Below, piece by piece: positions 38,235 through 49,700 of a stretch of 60,818 nucleotides of DNA. The notes beneath the pieces are model-generated. The model searched no databases and was not told the origin of the DNA. It saw only the letters and a program-made list of their open reading frames with translations. Position numbers and translations under genes: made by a program. Every line of letters begins with the position of its first letter. Positions within the stretch are counted from its first letter, which is position 1. This DNA comes from a virus (lineage: Duplodnaviria > Caudoviricetes), in the IMG/VR virus record IMGVR_UViG_3300032292_001138, positions 1-60,818 of that record. One strand, 5' to 3'.

Positions 38235-39136
38235 TGCCCTTGAACTCCATTGAAATAGAAATCAGTACCTGGTACAAATGGCTCACCGCCAAAATTGACC
38301 ACGTTGTTGAATTTGCTGTAACAGGTGTCTAATTCTTTGTTGCAGCCTGCTGTCGCGTTGAATGTATTCCCAGCCGACAATGGCACAAAAGGCGATTCGT
38401 AAAGTTCAAAAATATTGCGGTAAACCGCTGGGAAAACTCCATTGTCGTACAGAACTTCCGTAAACAATCCGACGGCTAAAGTTGTGCCAATATTTGCCCC
38501 TGAGGTTAGGGTGATCGTGCCATTGGCATAATAGCCGGTGGGTCGTTGAATCGTAGTAGACACGGTAATCCGCCGCCCTTGCACCGCAAAAACTGTGTAA
38601 CTATCCGTAAAAGCTCCAAGGTTTACGCCACATTTGGCATCCCCTAGATTATTGCGACAGTTCCGAGATGTCAGATCGCCGATCTTCTGATTCAGGTAAT
38701 AACCCCGTCCGGTCACATCAGCCGTAAAACCAATGTTATTCTTTTCGAGTTTCCCGATTCTGCCATTTCCTAGCACTGGCAAAAAATTATAAGGCTCTGT
38801 ACTGAGGGAATCAGGCGGATCTGTCCAGTCAATTATAAAAATACTGATTCTGGCATCGTCATATTTGCAGTTTACAATATCCATCTCATCGATATGGTCA
38901 ATGGATAACACCCCGTTTAGGGTCAAATTGTCTGCTGATAAATTGTTAGTAGCACTGAAATTAGTCGAATTAAAACTAACCTCTGGAATGTAAGTAATTC
39001 CATCAATAATGATCGGCTTGTCATGGTCGGTAAAACTTAAAACTGTGCCATCTTTCCTAGTGATTAAATAGCAGCGGCATAGGGTAGATGCCTCACTGGT
39101 TAAATTGGCGATAAAACTAGGGCTAATATTAAGCAA
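38231..39136 (-). CDS. Tail hub protein (DUF2163/BR0599-like)
   Basis: ITRKDG...FTDHD, CRNNLGDAKC, AGCNK...C..KFNN.VNFGGEP. Confidence 0.9.
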   Translation of the reverse strand: MLNISPSFIANLTSEASTLCRCYLITRKDGTVLSFTDHDKPIIIDGITYIPEVSFNSTNFSATNNLSADNLTLNGVLSIDHIDEMDIVNCKYDDARISIFIIDWTDPPDSLSTEPYNFLPVLGNGRIGKLEKNNIGFTADVTGRGYYLNQKIGDLTSRNCRNNLGDAKCGVNLGAFTDSYTVFAVQGRRITVSTTIQRPTGYYANGTITLTSGANIGTTLAVGLFTEVLYDNGVFPAVYRNIFELYESPFVPLSAGNTFNATAGCNKELDTCYSKFNNVVNFGGEPFVPGTDFYFNGVQGQ

Positions 39137-39734
39137 TGCGTACCTCTTTCAAGCTTAAATTATTGAGTAAAAACAAGCCGTCTTTGCTATTGGGCATGAA
39201 TACTTCTAGCCTATTGGTAATAGTATCCTCGACAAATTCAACGGGCTTATCAAATTCACAACTAGCAGTGACGATCGCCCCATTGGCGGGAGCAGTCCCT
39301 AGGGTAATTATGCCAGTGTTTAAATTCACAGTAAATGAATTAGTTTCAATTCCATTAAGATAAATTCTAACTGTATCTGCCACAATTTTTCTTAAAGGAT
39401 ATATATAATTGCCATAAACTTTGATTAGCTGAAACTGGGTAATTGCCCCTGTTCCTATGCCAATATTTTCCTGTTCAATCTTGTAATCTAACCAGTCCCG
39501 AAACCGAAAAGCACTCCCTAATCGCTTCATCCGATTGTAAAAATCATTGATGTAAATTAACTCATCGATCAGGTTGGATCTGTCCCCTAATTGCCATTGT
39601 TGCAAGCCGTTGGCACAGCATAGCCACCGCTGTTCTGAGCCGTTCCCTTGCTGTAGAGAATTGATTTTAAAAGTTAACGTGCTAGTCGTACCAGAGACTA
39701 TGCCAATGTTTAATCTTTCTTCTGTGAAAATCAT
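39129..39734 (-). CDS. Distal tail protein DUF2460-like (copy 1)
   Basis: FRFRDWLDY, FQLIK.Y, TG.ITL..APA.GA.VTA..EFD.PV. Confidence 0.85.
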   Translation of the reverse strand: MIFTEERLNIGIVSGTTSTLTFKINSLQQGNGSEQRWLCCANGLQQWQLGDRSNLIDELIYINDFYNRMKRLGSAFRFRDWLDYKIEQENIGIGTGAITQFQLIKVYGNYIYPLRKIVADTVRIYLNGIETNSFTVNLNTGIITLGTAPANGAIVTASCEFDKPVEFVEDTITNRLEVFMPNSKDGLFLLNNLSLKEVRIA

Positions 39735-40810
39735 ATATGCGTTGACCTTGCCATTACAAGACTAACTGTGATTTCGGTGCAATAAGCTTGGCTGACTAAT
39801 GGCTTCCAATTATCGATAATCGTTCCATCTAGTTCAATTACCCTTAAAAGATACGCTTTAATTATCCCAGGGGCAATATATTGGTAATCCAACACTTCCA
39901 CTGAAGCAGCATTTTCAAAGCTGTAATTTCCAATCCCTGGAACAATGAAAATTCTGTAAGGAGCGCCCCAATAATCTTGTGCCCCCCCTGGGGGTAAGGT
40001 CACATACTCTTCCAAACACTTTCTCAGCGGATACGCGACTTCGCAAGCCCCGCGATTTGCGAACGTCCCGTTAGTCGCGGGTACGCATTGCCCATAGCGC
40101 GAATTGTCGAGATTCCATCGCTGGGGATTGGTGCAACTATAGGAATAATCGATATTGTAAACGGGTGTTGATGAGGGTGTGATTTCGATTAAATCTAGGG
40201 AGTCTATGGTAACTGCAAATTCGTTATTGTCGAAACTCATCGCTTCGTAACGATAGCGAAAATCACTATTAAACCGTACCGGAATATCAAACTCAAACTT
40301 AGCTGTGATCGGCTGCCCCGCCCCTACGCTGAGGGTGTCTGTGGTGATAATGCCTGTAGTTAAGTCGATTGTAGAAGTTGGTGGATTGTTGGCGGGTATC
40401 CAATTGGAATCCCCAAGCTTATAAAACACCGTGCCTGACACGGGCTTAGTAACAATCTTCTCGTCAGTCCTGAGTTGGATTTGTTGCGGTCCGCCCGTAG
40501 TAGTGCCAACAAGCTGGGATTCTCGATAGAAGTCTGACCAGTTTTTATAACGGAATCCTTGGATTTGCCCTCTGCGAGATAAGTAGAAATCTTTTAAATA
40601 GAGAAAGTCCTCTTTGAATAATTGCCTACCGCCTAAAGTCCCTTTCCATCGGGCATTATCCCAGTTTTGGGTTAGATGTACAAAGCCGTTATCTTGCTCT
40701 ATGCGAGTGGTTGCCCATTGATTCCCCCCAGTGGTATCGCTAATTAATGGGGCGAAATTTAGAGCTTCTGAAATCGCGAGGCGCTCTTCGGTAAATGGTA
40801 CGATTGACAT
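39731..40810 (-). CDS. Distal tail protein DUF2460-like (copy 2, extended)
   Basis: RRGQIQGFRYKNWSDF, TA.FEFDIPVRF; extra C-terminal domain. Confidence 0.8.
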   Translation of the reverse strand: MSIVPFTEERLAISEALNFAPLISDTTGGNQWATTRIEQDNGFVHLTQNWDNARWKGTLGGRQLFKEDFLYLKDFYLSRRGQIQGFRYKNWSDFYRESQLVGTTTGGPQQIQLRTDEKIVTKPVSGTVFYKLGDSNWIPANNPPTSTIDLTTGIITTDTLSVGAGQPITAKFEFDIPVRFNSDFRYRYEAMSFDNNEFAVTIDSLDLIEITPSSTPVYNIDYSYSCTNPQRWNLDNSRYGQCVPATNGTFANRGACEVAYPLRKCLEEYVTLPPGGAQDYWGAPYRIFIVPGIGNYSFENAASVEVLDYQYIAPGIIKAYLLRVIELDGTIIDNWKPLVSQAYCTEITVSLVMARSTHI

Positions 40811-40845
40811 GATACATTTTTAGGACGCAATTTTAGGACGGAATT

Positions 40846-41292
40846 ATGAGTTTGACCCAACAGATTGTTGAGGATATTATCGCACAAATCAGCCTGATTA
40901 ATGGGGCTGATCCTTGGTTGACCGCCATTGGGCAGAATGTCTTTTGGGAACGTGCCCAATATATAGAATACGATCAGAATTGCACAATTATTTCTACTGA
41001 AAAGGAAATCACTTCCATTAATTTAGCTTTTGAGCATCGATTACAGCTAACTGTGGAGTGTTATATTTTTGGGCTAGATGAGATGGCTCAAAATAAGATG
41101 GCGATTGGTGCGATGGGTGCAGCGGTGGAGACTGATTTACTAAGAGCTATTGGTGGGATGCGTAGTGCAGCGGCTCATATCGCTTCGGTTTCAGCGGTTG
41201 CGCCCCTTGAGGTAGAAGTCGCTGGGAAGGTGGCGATCAAGGTGGCTGTGATATTTGTGATTACCTATCGTACCAACCGCTGGGAGAACTAG
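40846..41292 (+). CDS. putative tail terminator protein
   Basis: Size, position before tail tube, C-terminal FVITYRT. Confidence 0.65.
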   Translation: MSLTQQIVEDIIAQISLINGADPWLTAIGQNVFWERAQYIEYDQNCTIISTEKEITSINLAFEHRLQLTVECYIFGLDEMAQNKMAIGAMGAAVETDLLRAIGGMRSAAAHIASVSAVAPLEVEVAGKVAIKVAVIFVITYRTNRWEN

Positions 41293-41369
41293 TAAAACGG
41301 CTTAGCAAAACAATAAAGAGAACAAACCCGTTTGGTATTTTGTAGGGGACGAAAATATCAAACAATCGT

Positions 41370-42185
41370 ATGGCATACCAACAGTCTTACTATTCGGGTC
41401 AAGGGAAGTTAATCCTGTATACCAAGGATGCTACCACTGGCTTGCCTTCAGGTGGCGGTCTTTGGTTGGGTAACGTTCCCAAAATGACGGTAAACATGAC
41501 CGTTCAAGCAAAGGATCACAACGAATCTTTCACGGGTCAATCCTTGACTGATGCCCGTTTTGAAACTCAAACCTCTGGTAAGTTGATGCTTACTTTGGAA
41601 GAGTTCAATAAAGAGAATTTAGAGTTCGCCTTTTACGGTACTTCTCTCTCTACCACTGGCGCAACGGTCACTAATGAAGCTGTGACAAGCCGATTAGGGA
41701 AGTCTGTTTCCCTCAACAATATCAACATTACCGCGTTTACTTCGCTGGTGATTCCAGGCGGTTCGCCCACCACTTTGGTTACCCCTGGGGACTATACGAT
41801 CAACCTTGATACGGGCTTGATCACCTTTGCTGATACCCCCACCACCGTCGGACTGACTGATGGATTAACCTTACAGGCTAACTATACTTTTGGAACCTAT
41901 TCGCGCACGTTCACCTATTCCAAGGCTAACGCTTCTTATTGGCTCCAATTCCACGGCTTGAACCGCGTCTATTCTCAGGGTGGGCGCTATCAGCCTGTAC
42001 TGATTAACGTTCCCTCAGTGCGTTTTACCCCGCCTCAATCCCGTGACTACATCGGTGAAGACTATTCCAAGATGGATATTGAAGGTCTCATCATGTACGA
42101 GCAACGGGCGACGGTATTGGCTACTTCCAATCAATACTATATTGCGGGTGGTTTCTTTGGCGAGAGAACTACGGTACGGGCGTAA
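41370..42185 (+). CDS. Major tail tube protein
   Basis: YYSGQGK...LGNV...HNES..G...LTLEEFNKENL. Confidence 0.85.
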   Translation: MAYQQSYYSGQGKLILYTKDATTGLPSGGGLWLGNVPKMTVNMTVQAKDHNESFTGQSLTDARFETQTSGKLMLTLEEFNKENLEFAFYGTSLSTTGATVTNEAVTSRLGKSVSLNNINITAFTSLVIPGGSPTTLVTPGDYTINLDTGLITFADTPTTVGLTDGLTLQANYTFGTYSRTFTYSKANASYWLQFHGLNRVYSQGGRYQPVLINVPSVRFTPPQSRDYIGEDYSKMDIEGLIMYEQRATVLATSNQYYIAGGFFGERTTVRA

Positions 42186-42211
42186 TTGGCTCTTTTAGTT
42201 GGCTCCTAATT

Positions 42212-42814
42212 ATGGACAATAACGGATTTCGGCATCTTTCAGCGCAAATACAGGGGATGGCTCGATCCGCCGTCCTCGCCGCCGCTGATGAAATGAAATC
42301 GGAAATGAAACAGCAATTACGGAGCAGCTTTAAGAGTAGGGGTAGGGATTCTAAAGGGTTCTTTCATGCAGTGTCGGTACGTCCTAAAGCGAATCCCACT
42401 GAAAAAGAATCCCTCTCTCCCATTTACGATCCTAATTTGCCGCCTGTGGCTTATGTGTACATGGGGCTAAAGTTTATGGTGGCGTTTGAGTTCGCCTTGA
42501 CCATCACCCCCCGCAATGCCGCACGGTTGTTAGTTCGACTGCCATCGGCTCAAAAATTAGGATTCCCAAAGCCAGGGGATAAACGATGGAAGTCATGGTA
42601 TCCCCAAAACAAAAAGTACTTGGTTCTACTCAAGAGCGGTAGCAAGTCTGTACTGGCATGGCAGCCCAAAAAAGATCAGGCTCCTATTCCCGTATATGTG
42701 TTTTTAAGGGCGGTTAAAATGCCCAAAAAACTGCGATTCTTTGACGCTGCCCAGCGGATTGGATCGAAGTTAGATGTAACTCTAGGCGAAATGTTCGATA
42801 AATCCAAGGAATAA
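42212..42814 (+). CDS. neck or tail completion protein
   Basis: Basic; ITPRNA..L, IPVYV.LRAVKMPKKL. Confidence 0.6.
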   Translation: MDNNGFRHLSAQIQGMARSAVLAAADEMKSEMKQQLRSSFKSRGRDSKGFFHAVSVRPKANPTEKESLSPIYDPNLPPVAYVYMGLKFMVAFEFALTITPRNAARLLVRLPSAQKLGFPKPGDKRWKSWYPQNKKYLVLLKSGSKSVLAWQPKKDQAPIPVYVFLRAVKMPKKLRFFDAAQRIGSKLDVTLGEMFDKSKE

Positions 42815-42817
42815 TTT

Positions 42818-43597
42818 ATGAGTACTGCAATCAATCCTGAAATTAGAGAAAAGTTGAGATTTTTAGAATGGCATCAATTGCCTGAGGTTGTGGAGTTTGT
42901 GCAGACATTCCTAAGCCAGTTTTCTGGGGATGCTGTATGGGTCAGTTTGGCGGTGAAATTCTTTGACGGCTTGGAACAGTTGGAACCATTGTTGCAGATG
43001 GCAACTTACAACAAAGAACCTGATTGGATTGAGAATCTATCCGCCGATGAATTTCTGGAATGGATTGCCTCAGCCGCTCTATTCAATTTCGATCTTATTG
43101 CCGAAAGTCTCTCACCCCTTGACGATATTTTGCGGCTAGACTTGGCTGATTTAGATGTGTTGACCCCAACCAAAGAGTTCTCTCTTGACGGTGAAGAAAT
43201 CTATACTTTGACCCCGTTGGCATTTCTCAAGGAAATTAAGAAGGTCACTAAATTCATCGAGGTGGCGTTAAGCCCCTTGCTCACAATTCGCGCTAAGTCT
43301 GAAGGGCAGTATCTGACTTGGTTGGCAGCGGTGAGCCGTCTAGATGGCGATTTTCGAGAGAATGCAGAATGGCTTATCAAGGCAACCATCAAGCGCTCTG
43401 ATATTGATTTTGGGCAATGGGCACTATCAGATTTCTTTGCTTTATTAGCGGAATGCATGTTGGTTAACTATCGTTTTTTCGGGAAGTCCTGCGGGATGAC
43501 TTTCGCCCGATTAATGCCCCAAGACAACTCGCCGTCAACGATTGGGGTTGCAGAATCCAACGGCTCATTAGCAGCGGTCACAGATTCGATCAAGTGA
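42818..43597 (+). CDS. Tail assembly chaperone G (two tandem domains)
   Basis: Lies before tape measure; N..FF motif with slippery site. Confidence 0.75.
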   Translation: MSTAINPEIREKLRFLEWHQLPEVVEFVQTFLSQFSGDAVWVSLAVKFFDGLEQLEPLLQMATYNKEPDWIENLSADEFLEWIASAALFNFDLIAESLSPLDDILRLDLADLDVLTPTKEFSLDGEEIYTLTPLAFLKEIKKVTKFIEVALSPLLTIRAKSEGQYLTWLAAVSRLDGDFRENAEWLIKATIKRSDIDFGQWALSDFFALLAECMLVNYRFFGKSCGMTFARLMPQDNSPSTIGVAESNGSLAAVTDSIK

Positions 43598-43767
43598 TGG
43601 AGTATTCTCTAGACCAGATCGATCTGTTCTATAAATCAATTCTAGAAATAGAAAACTACGACCGCGCTATTAGATTGCAAGACATTGCATTGGCTACTAG
43701 CGCGGGTTTTAATGGCGGTAAAGCCGCTGAAGCCCTCAACGAATTAGTTCAGAAACTCATGGAGTAA
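43474..43767 (+). CDS. -1 frameshift extension (gpGT-like T domain)
   Basis: T TTT TTC at 43474-43480; -1 frame open to TAA 43767, encoding WG.RIQRLISSGHRFDQVMEYSLDQIDLFY. Confidence 0.75.
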   Translation, partial: FFREVLRDDFRPINAPRQLAVNDWGCRIQRLISSGHRFDQVMEYSLDQIDLFYKSILEIENYDRAIRLQDIALATSAGFNGGKAAEALNELVQKLME

Positions 43768-43770
43768 GTC

Positions 43771-46700
43771 ATGGCAGATCGGCAGCTTAACGTAAAATTC
43801 TCTGTTTCTGGTGTACCTGAAGCCATAGGAGCAATTAACCAAGCTGCCGAAACTTACGAAGCGGCGATGAAGTCCACTGAAACCGCCGCCCAAACCGCGA
43901 CCGCCGCGCAGGAAGCGAGTGCGGCGAAGCGGATGCAAGCGGCACAGCAGGCGGTGGCATCGCTAACAGATATTCAGCGCTCTTACAAGTCCCTAGGGTT
44001 AAAGAGCGATTCCCAAATTGCAGAGGAAAAGCGCAAAGCGGTACAGGCTTATGAAGCGATTAAAGCCTCTGGTGTTGCCAGTGCCGAAGAAATCGGACGC
44101 GCCTATGATGCCCTAGAACGCAAATTAGAGCGCCTATCGCGAACCACCGCGAAGCCTCGCACCGTCGCGATTACAGCGGATAACGCGGGTGTCGCGGGTA
44201 GCGCGGGGCAGAATATTGTTGTTAGAACAGAAGCGGCTAAGCGCGGGGCTGGGGAGTGCGATCCGTGTAAGTCGTTAGACAAATTGAATGCCAGTTTAGT
44301 AAGTGCGATTCGTCATCAAGAATCTACGCTTAATGCTACGCTGAAAAGTATTAATAGTGAGAATCAGAAATTAGCGAAGGATCTGGGAAGTAGTATTGAT
44401 CGGCTGCCAACAGGGATTAGAGGCGGTCTATTCGAGAATCTGCTTAAAGGAATTGGCAATATCGCTATTGCGCCTATTAAACTGGCTTTGTCAGGGGCGT
44501 TTTTTGGGGTTGGGGAACAGTTATCAAAAGATTTATCCATTGGACTATCTAAATCCATTGAGATTGCCGCTGGGCGTTCCATTGGTTCGATGGATTTGTT
44601 GGGGCAAGCTTTAGGGACTAAAATCTCAGAATCTGTAACGGCGGCAATTCGTGCGTCAATTCCCGATCCTGCTAAGGTTTCGGATAAGTTGCAAGAGTTC
44701 GTAGGAAAAGAATCTGCTGTAGCGGCATCGGCGCAACGGCGGGGGGCGGTGAGGCAGCAAGGTGAGGCTGAAAGGCGTGGCGGAACAGAACAGCTAGTTT
44801 ATGAATATCGACAACAATTTGCTCAGCAAGAAAAAGACAACATTGAAAAGCAGCAATTAATTGAACGGGCTGTACAACGCAAAAAGGACTTAGGTGCTTC
44901 TGTTGCCGCACAAAAAGAATTTGAAGCTAATGCAGAGGTTGTCAAAACTTATGCTGAATACCGTAAAACTGTTACCACAGCCCAAGAGGGATTAGAAAAA
45001 GGGACTCAATTAACTGACGCTACTGAAATCGCCACTCAATTAAAGGCGAAAAAACGGGCTGAGTACGCCCCTTTTCAAGAAAGGATTAAAGCTGAAAGAG
45101 CCAAAATTGCTTCTGGAACGCTAACTGACGACGAAAAACAGGCATCTTTAAATGAAATCCAGTCTCTTAAAGAGTTTATTGGGTTGACTGCTGGGGATAC
45201 TCCCAAACAGTTTAAGGCTGTGGCTGGTTGGGATAGAGAATCTAAAAAACAAAAAGAAGATATTGCAGAGCAAATAGAATCAAACCGCTTAAGAATTGCC
45301 AGCTTAAAGCCAAAAGTCGATCCAGATCGCGGAACAGGACTGTATTCAAAAGCGGAACGCAAAAAATTTGGCGAAGAGGTGCTTAGACTAGAAGCTGAGA
45401 ATGAAAAGCTAAAACAGTTTCAGCCATCCCAAAATATTTTCACCCCTGAACAAGTTGCGGAAGCTTCTAAATATAACTACGAGCAACTTCTAAAACAAGC
45501 GGAACAAAGTCGCCCCACCCTTGAACCCGCGGCGCAAAAACGACTCATCCCTAAAGAGCAAGCCTTGGAGGTTGTTCAAGGGGATAGGCGAAAAGAGTCT
45601 GCGAAAATGTCTCGGCAGATTTCTAAGCTTCAATTCCAAAGACAAAAACTTGAACAGGAAATTAAAAATGTAGATTTACCTGAGGTCACTGCGTCCGAAG
45701 AAGACAAAAACAAATATAAGCAAATCCGTTCTGAGGCAATTGCAAAACTTGACGAAAAGATAGCGCAAGTAGATCAAAAAAGATCCACTTTGCAGGAATT
45801 GATCGCAACCAGTTCCGCTGATTTAATTACAGAAGATCAACAGATTGAAGCTAGTTTTACTTTTTATCAAAGGAAAGCAATTGCAGAACAGCGCAAGCAA
45901 ACTCAGGCTGAACAACAAGATATTGAGGAATCCCAAAAGTTTGAAGAAATAAAGGCGAGATCTGAAGGGTTCGCTCGAACAAAGCAAGAAATCAAGCTTT
46001 TACTTCCCAAACCGATGGAGTTTGCGGAAAGCCCTGAAAAATTGACCGAAAATATTAAAGCCACCTCTGCGGCTTTATCCGATGCAAGTCAAAGAAGAGA
46101 AACTGCTAAAGAGTCTTATCAGGTAGCATCAAGTGATTTGCAGTCATTGGAAAGATATGCAACGCTCCGCAAAAAAACACCTGACAATCAAGAAGATGTG
46201 CAGGATTTACAAGGGCAAATTCAAAAACAAAGACAATCTATCCAAGGGAAATTACTCTCTCCGCAAGAGGCTGTATCACAGCTTAAACGTGATTTATTAG
46301 TTGCTTCTGAAAATGTCAAGGCAAAAGGAAGAAAAGCGCAAGCAAGCGGCGATACCGAAAAAGCGCAAGAATTTGTAAAGCAGTATGGAGCCTATCAGCA
46401 GTCAATTAGAACACTGTCCCCAGAAACAATTACTGAAGAGCAAATATTATCCGCTTCTATCAGCAGGGCTAAAGCTACTAAGTCTCAAGCGATCGATCAA
46501 TTCGCAGTAGCCGATAAGGATAAACAAAAAGCTTTAGCCGATGCCCAAAGGCTTCAAGCGCAAGCCGAAAATGAAGCTAAATACCCTAAAGTTTATAGGG
46601 AAATGGTGGGACAGGTTGTTGAGCTTGCTAACAAGGAAAGAACCGCCAGAGGCTTGGCTCCTATCGCCCCTAAAATGTCTGACATGCCTAAACTTACGGC

Positions 46701-49700
46701 GGATCAGGCGAGAGGCTTAGGAGGTTCTTATTCCCCAGCAGAAAATACAATTGCTTTGCATCCGTCTGTTATTAAAGAAATTACAGGGGCGCAAAAGCCA
46801 GAAGATTTATTAGGCGTAATTTCTAACGTAGTTGGACACGAATTAAATCACTGGCTTCAAGTTGAGGCGGGTGATGTTGGCGCAATTGCAAGAGATCTCC
46901 AAGGCGAACTTTCTTCTAAGCATCAATATATAATGCCTACGGAAGAGCAGCTTAGTTCGCCTATCACCCCTTCAAAATCGCAAACGATTAAGGAAGGTAT
47001 TGAAGCCTCTACGAGTCCACATAATTTTGTGGCAGCGGCTCGAATGAAAGTCAAAGAAGCAGACGCTTATTTGTTTGGACAGAAATTTGAGCAATATGTT
47101 CAACGGAATAACGAAGCCGCACAGCCTCAACCCACCCCAGCGAGAATCCCTTTAAGCCTTCCCAAATTACCAGAATTTGAGCTTGTAGTAGCGCAAGGCG
47201 CGAAACCCGCGAAGCAGGCGGAATCGGCAAAAGCGGAACTCGCGCCACCCGCGATTGTGACCGCGATGGAAAACGCAAAAGCTGCTGAGGGCGCGAAAGC
47301 CGCGGATTTGGCAGCGGTTGAAGAAGTTGCAAAGCCAGTACAGAAATTACAGAAAGATGTAAGTGCTAGTGGAGTATTAAAAGCAAGGGAATTTGTCCAG
47401 AAACAACAGGCTAAATTCCAATCGCTGATCGAGCAAGGGGATAGAGACGCTGCCATTGCTCTCGGAAAAAGAGAACTAGGCAGGCTTCAGACCGTTAATG
47501 ATGAAATGAAGCGGATTAGGGACCAGACGGCTGACCCTAAAACCAAAGGAGTCATCACGGACTATATGTCCGACATAGGAAAAGCTAAAGCGGCTTTTGA
47601 AAAGAAGGTTCCAGCCCTAGAGAAAGGTGGTCAAGCCCTAGAAATGGGACGGGCTGCTGTTGCCACTGGCAGAAAAGATATAGATGCTGTTTACAATATT
47701 GCGGCTAATACGGGTTCAATCAAAAGCTTGATTGAACTTAGGGACGCTTATAAAAAGATTGTCCAAGATATAAGCAAAGATCCTATCGCCTCTAAAACAA
47801 AAGAAGCAAAAGACATCACTGCGACTTTAAACAAGTTGAAAGAGGCTGTTAATAAAGATATTGCGTCAATCGCTAAAGAGTTAAACGTCACTCTTAAAAC
47901 GGCGGTATCTGACCCTAAAGAAGCCTTAGCCATCGTCTTAGAAAAAACTAAATCAGAAAGTAAAAAGGTTGCCGCCAAAATCTTGACCGATTCCGCAGCC
48001 GCCACTGGGAACGTATTAGCCCAAATTGGTGACGCGGTAGTTCATGGGGTAAAATCTCTAGGGCAATCGGCGTTGCAAGGGGCATCAGGGGCACTCCCAG
48101 CGGTCAAGGGTGGTTACAAAGCATTAGAAGCTGTTGAAGATGTTGCTCTATCTGTTTTGCCTGGGGGGAAACAGGCTAAGGCAATTTTACCCGCTGTAGC
48201 AGGCATGACGGCGGCTCATCATTTACCTGGGGTATCGCAAATTGTCGATCACGTCATTTCGCAATTAACCCATTTAGGCGGCGGTCTATCAGGGATTGGC
48301 GCAGAGCATATCACCGCTGCCATTACTGCCCAAATCCAACAGATGCTGCCCTCATTTATGGCGGGTCCGGTTATCCAAGGGATTCAATCTCATTTACCTC
48401 AAGTCCTAACGGGCGCGGGTACAGCGGCGGCTGGCGGCTTAGCGAATCTCGCCGCTGGTCAGGCTATCGCGGGAACCGCACAGGCAGCGATTAAGGGGAC
48501 AGCGGCGGGTGCGGGCAAGTTATTAGAAGGTGCGGCGCAAGGTGGCGTTAAAGCGTTGCCTGCGGCTCAAACTCAGGCATTGCCACCATCTTCAAAGCCT
48601 CTCAAATCTGCAAATGAACCTGATGATTTATCAGAACTTGGCACAATGCACGCGGTAATTCCTTCGCCAATGGAATTACTCGAATCTACCTATACAGATA
48701 AAACCCTAGGGCAAAGATTAGAACCGATTAAGCAAGCGGTCAAGAATGCGATTGAATTTGTTCAATCAGAAACCCCTCATCAAGCTGTCGCAAAAGTAGC
48801 GAGATTAGCGGCTAGCGCCCCTGTGGATCAAGCTTTTGAAATGGTTATGCCTGCGGCGGTTGGCATTGCGGGGGGATTCCCTGCGGCTTTTGATGCTGCT
48901 CACCCTGCTGTAACCCTAGGGCAGCAAGCTGTAAGTATGCTTGATTCCACTGGGGATATGGCTACGGATAACAGCAATACAAAAATTACGAACATGGCAA
49001 TTGAAGCGAAAAAGCGGATCGTAAATCCGGCTTTAATTCAATTTGCCACCCATTTGGAATCCGTGGACGAACGAAACAGGGCTAATCCAGAAGGGTCAAC
49101 ATCTCTTCATACCGCCATTGATCCTGAGTTCGTAAAAGGGCAGTTATCCGGTGCGATGGCGAACGTGTCAGGGGCGGTACAAAACGCTGCCTCAGCCGTA
49201 TTGCCTACTATTGACAACATTTCAGAACAGATTGGCGAATTGGTTCAGCAAATGTTAGAACCGATCCTTAAAGGGCATCAAACCTTACAGGATATGCTCT
49301 CTCAAGTGCAAGCAATTTCTGGAACCGAAAACACAGATTTGTTAGCAGAAGAGTATGCAAAAGCTGTTAAAGCGGTTTATTTTGACCCATTGCAATCTGG
49401 CAACATTGAAAATGAGCAGGCAATAGGAAATCTACTTCCTTCCCAAGAATTAAAGCCTATCCCAGCGACAGAAGCGGGTATTCCAGGCTCTGAAATGTAT
49501 GCATTTCTAGACCCATTATCGGGAATGTCTGATGAATTGGCAAATTTTATCACCAAGGTAACAATCGCCCTGGAAAAAATGGGTGTAGATCCCAGCAAAA
49601 TTCAAGGGCTGACTAAATCTAAGTTTGCGGTTGAATCAGAAGAAACAGAACAGGCTTTGCAAGGGCTGTATAGCGAAGCTGGGATTAAGCCACCATCCGC

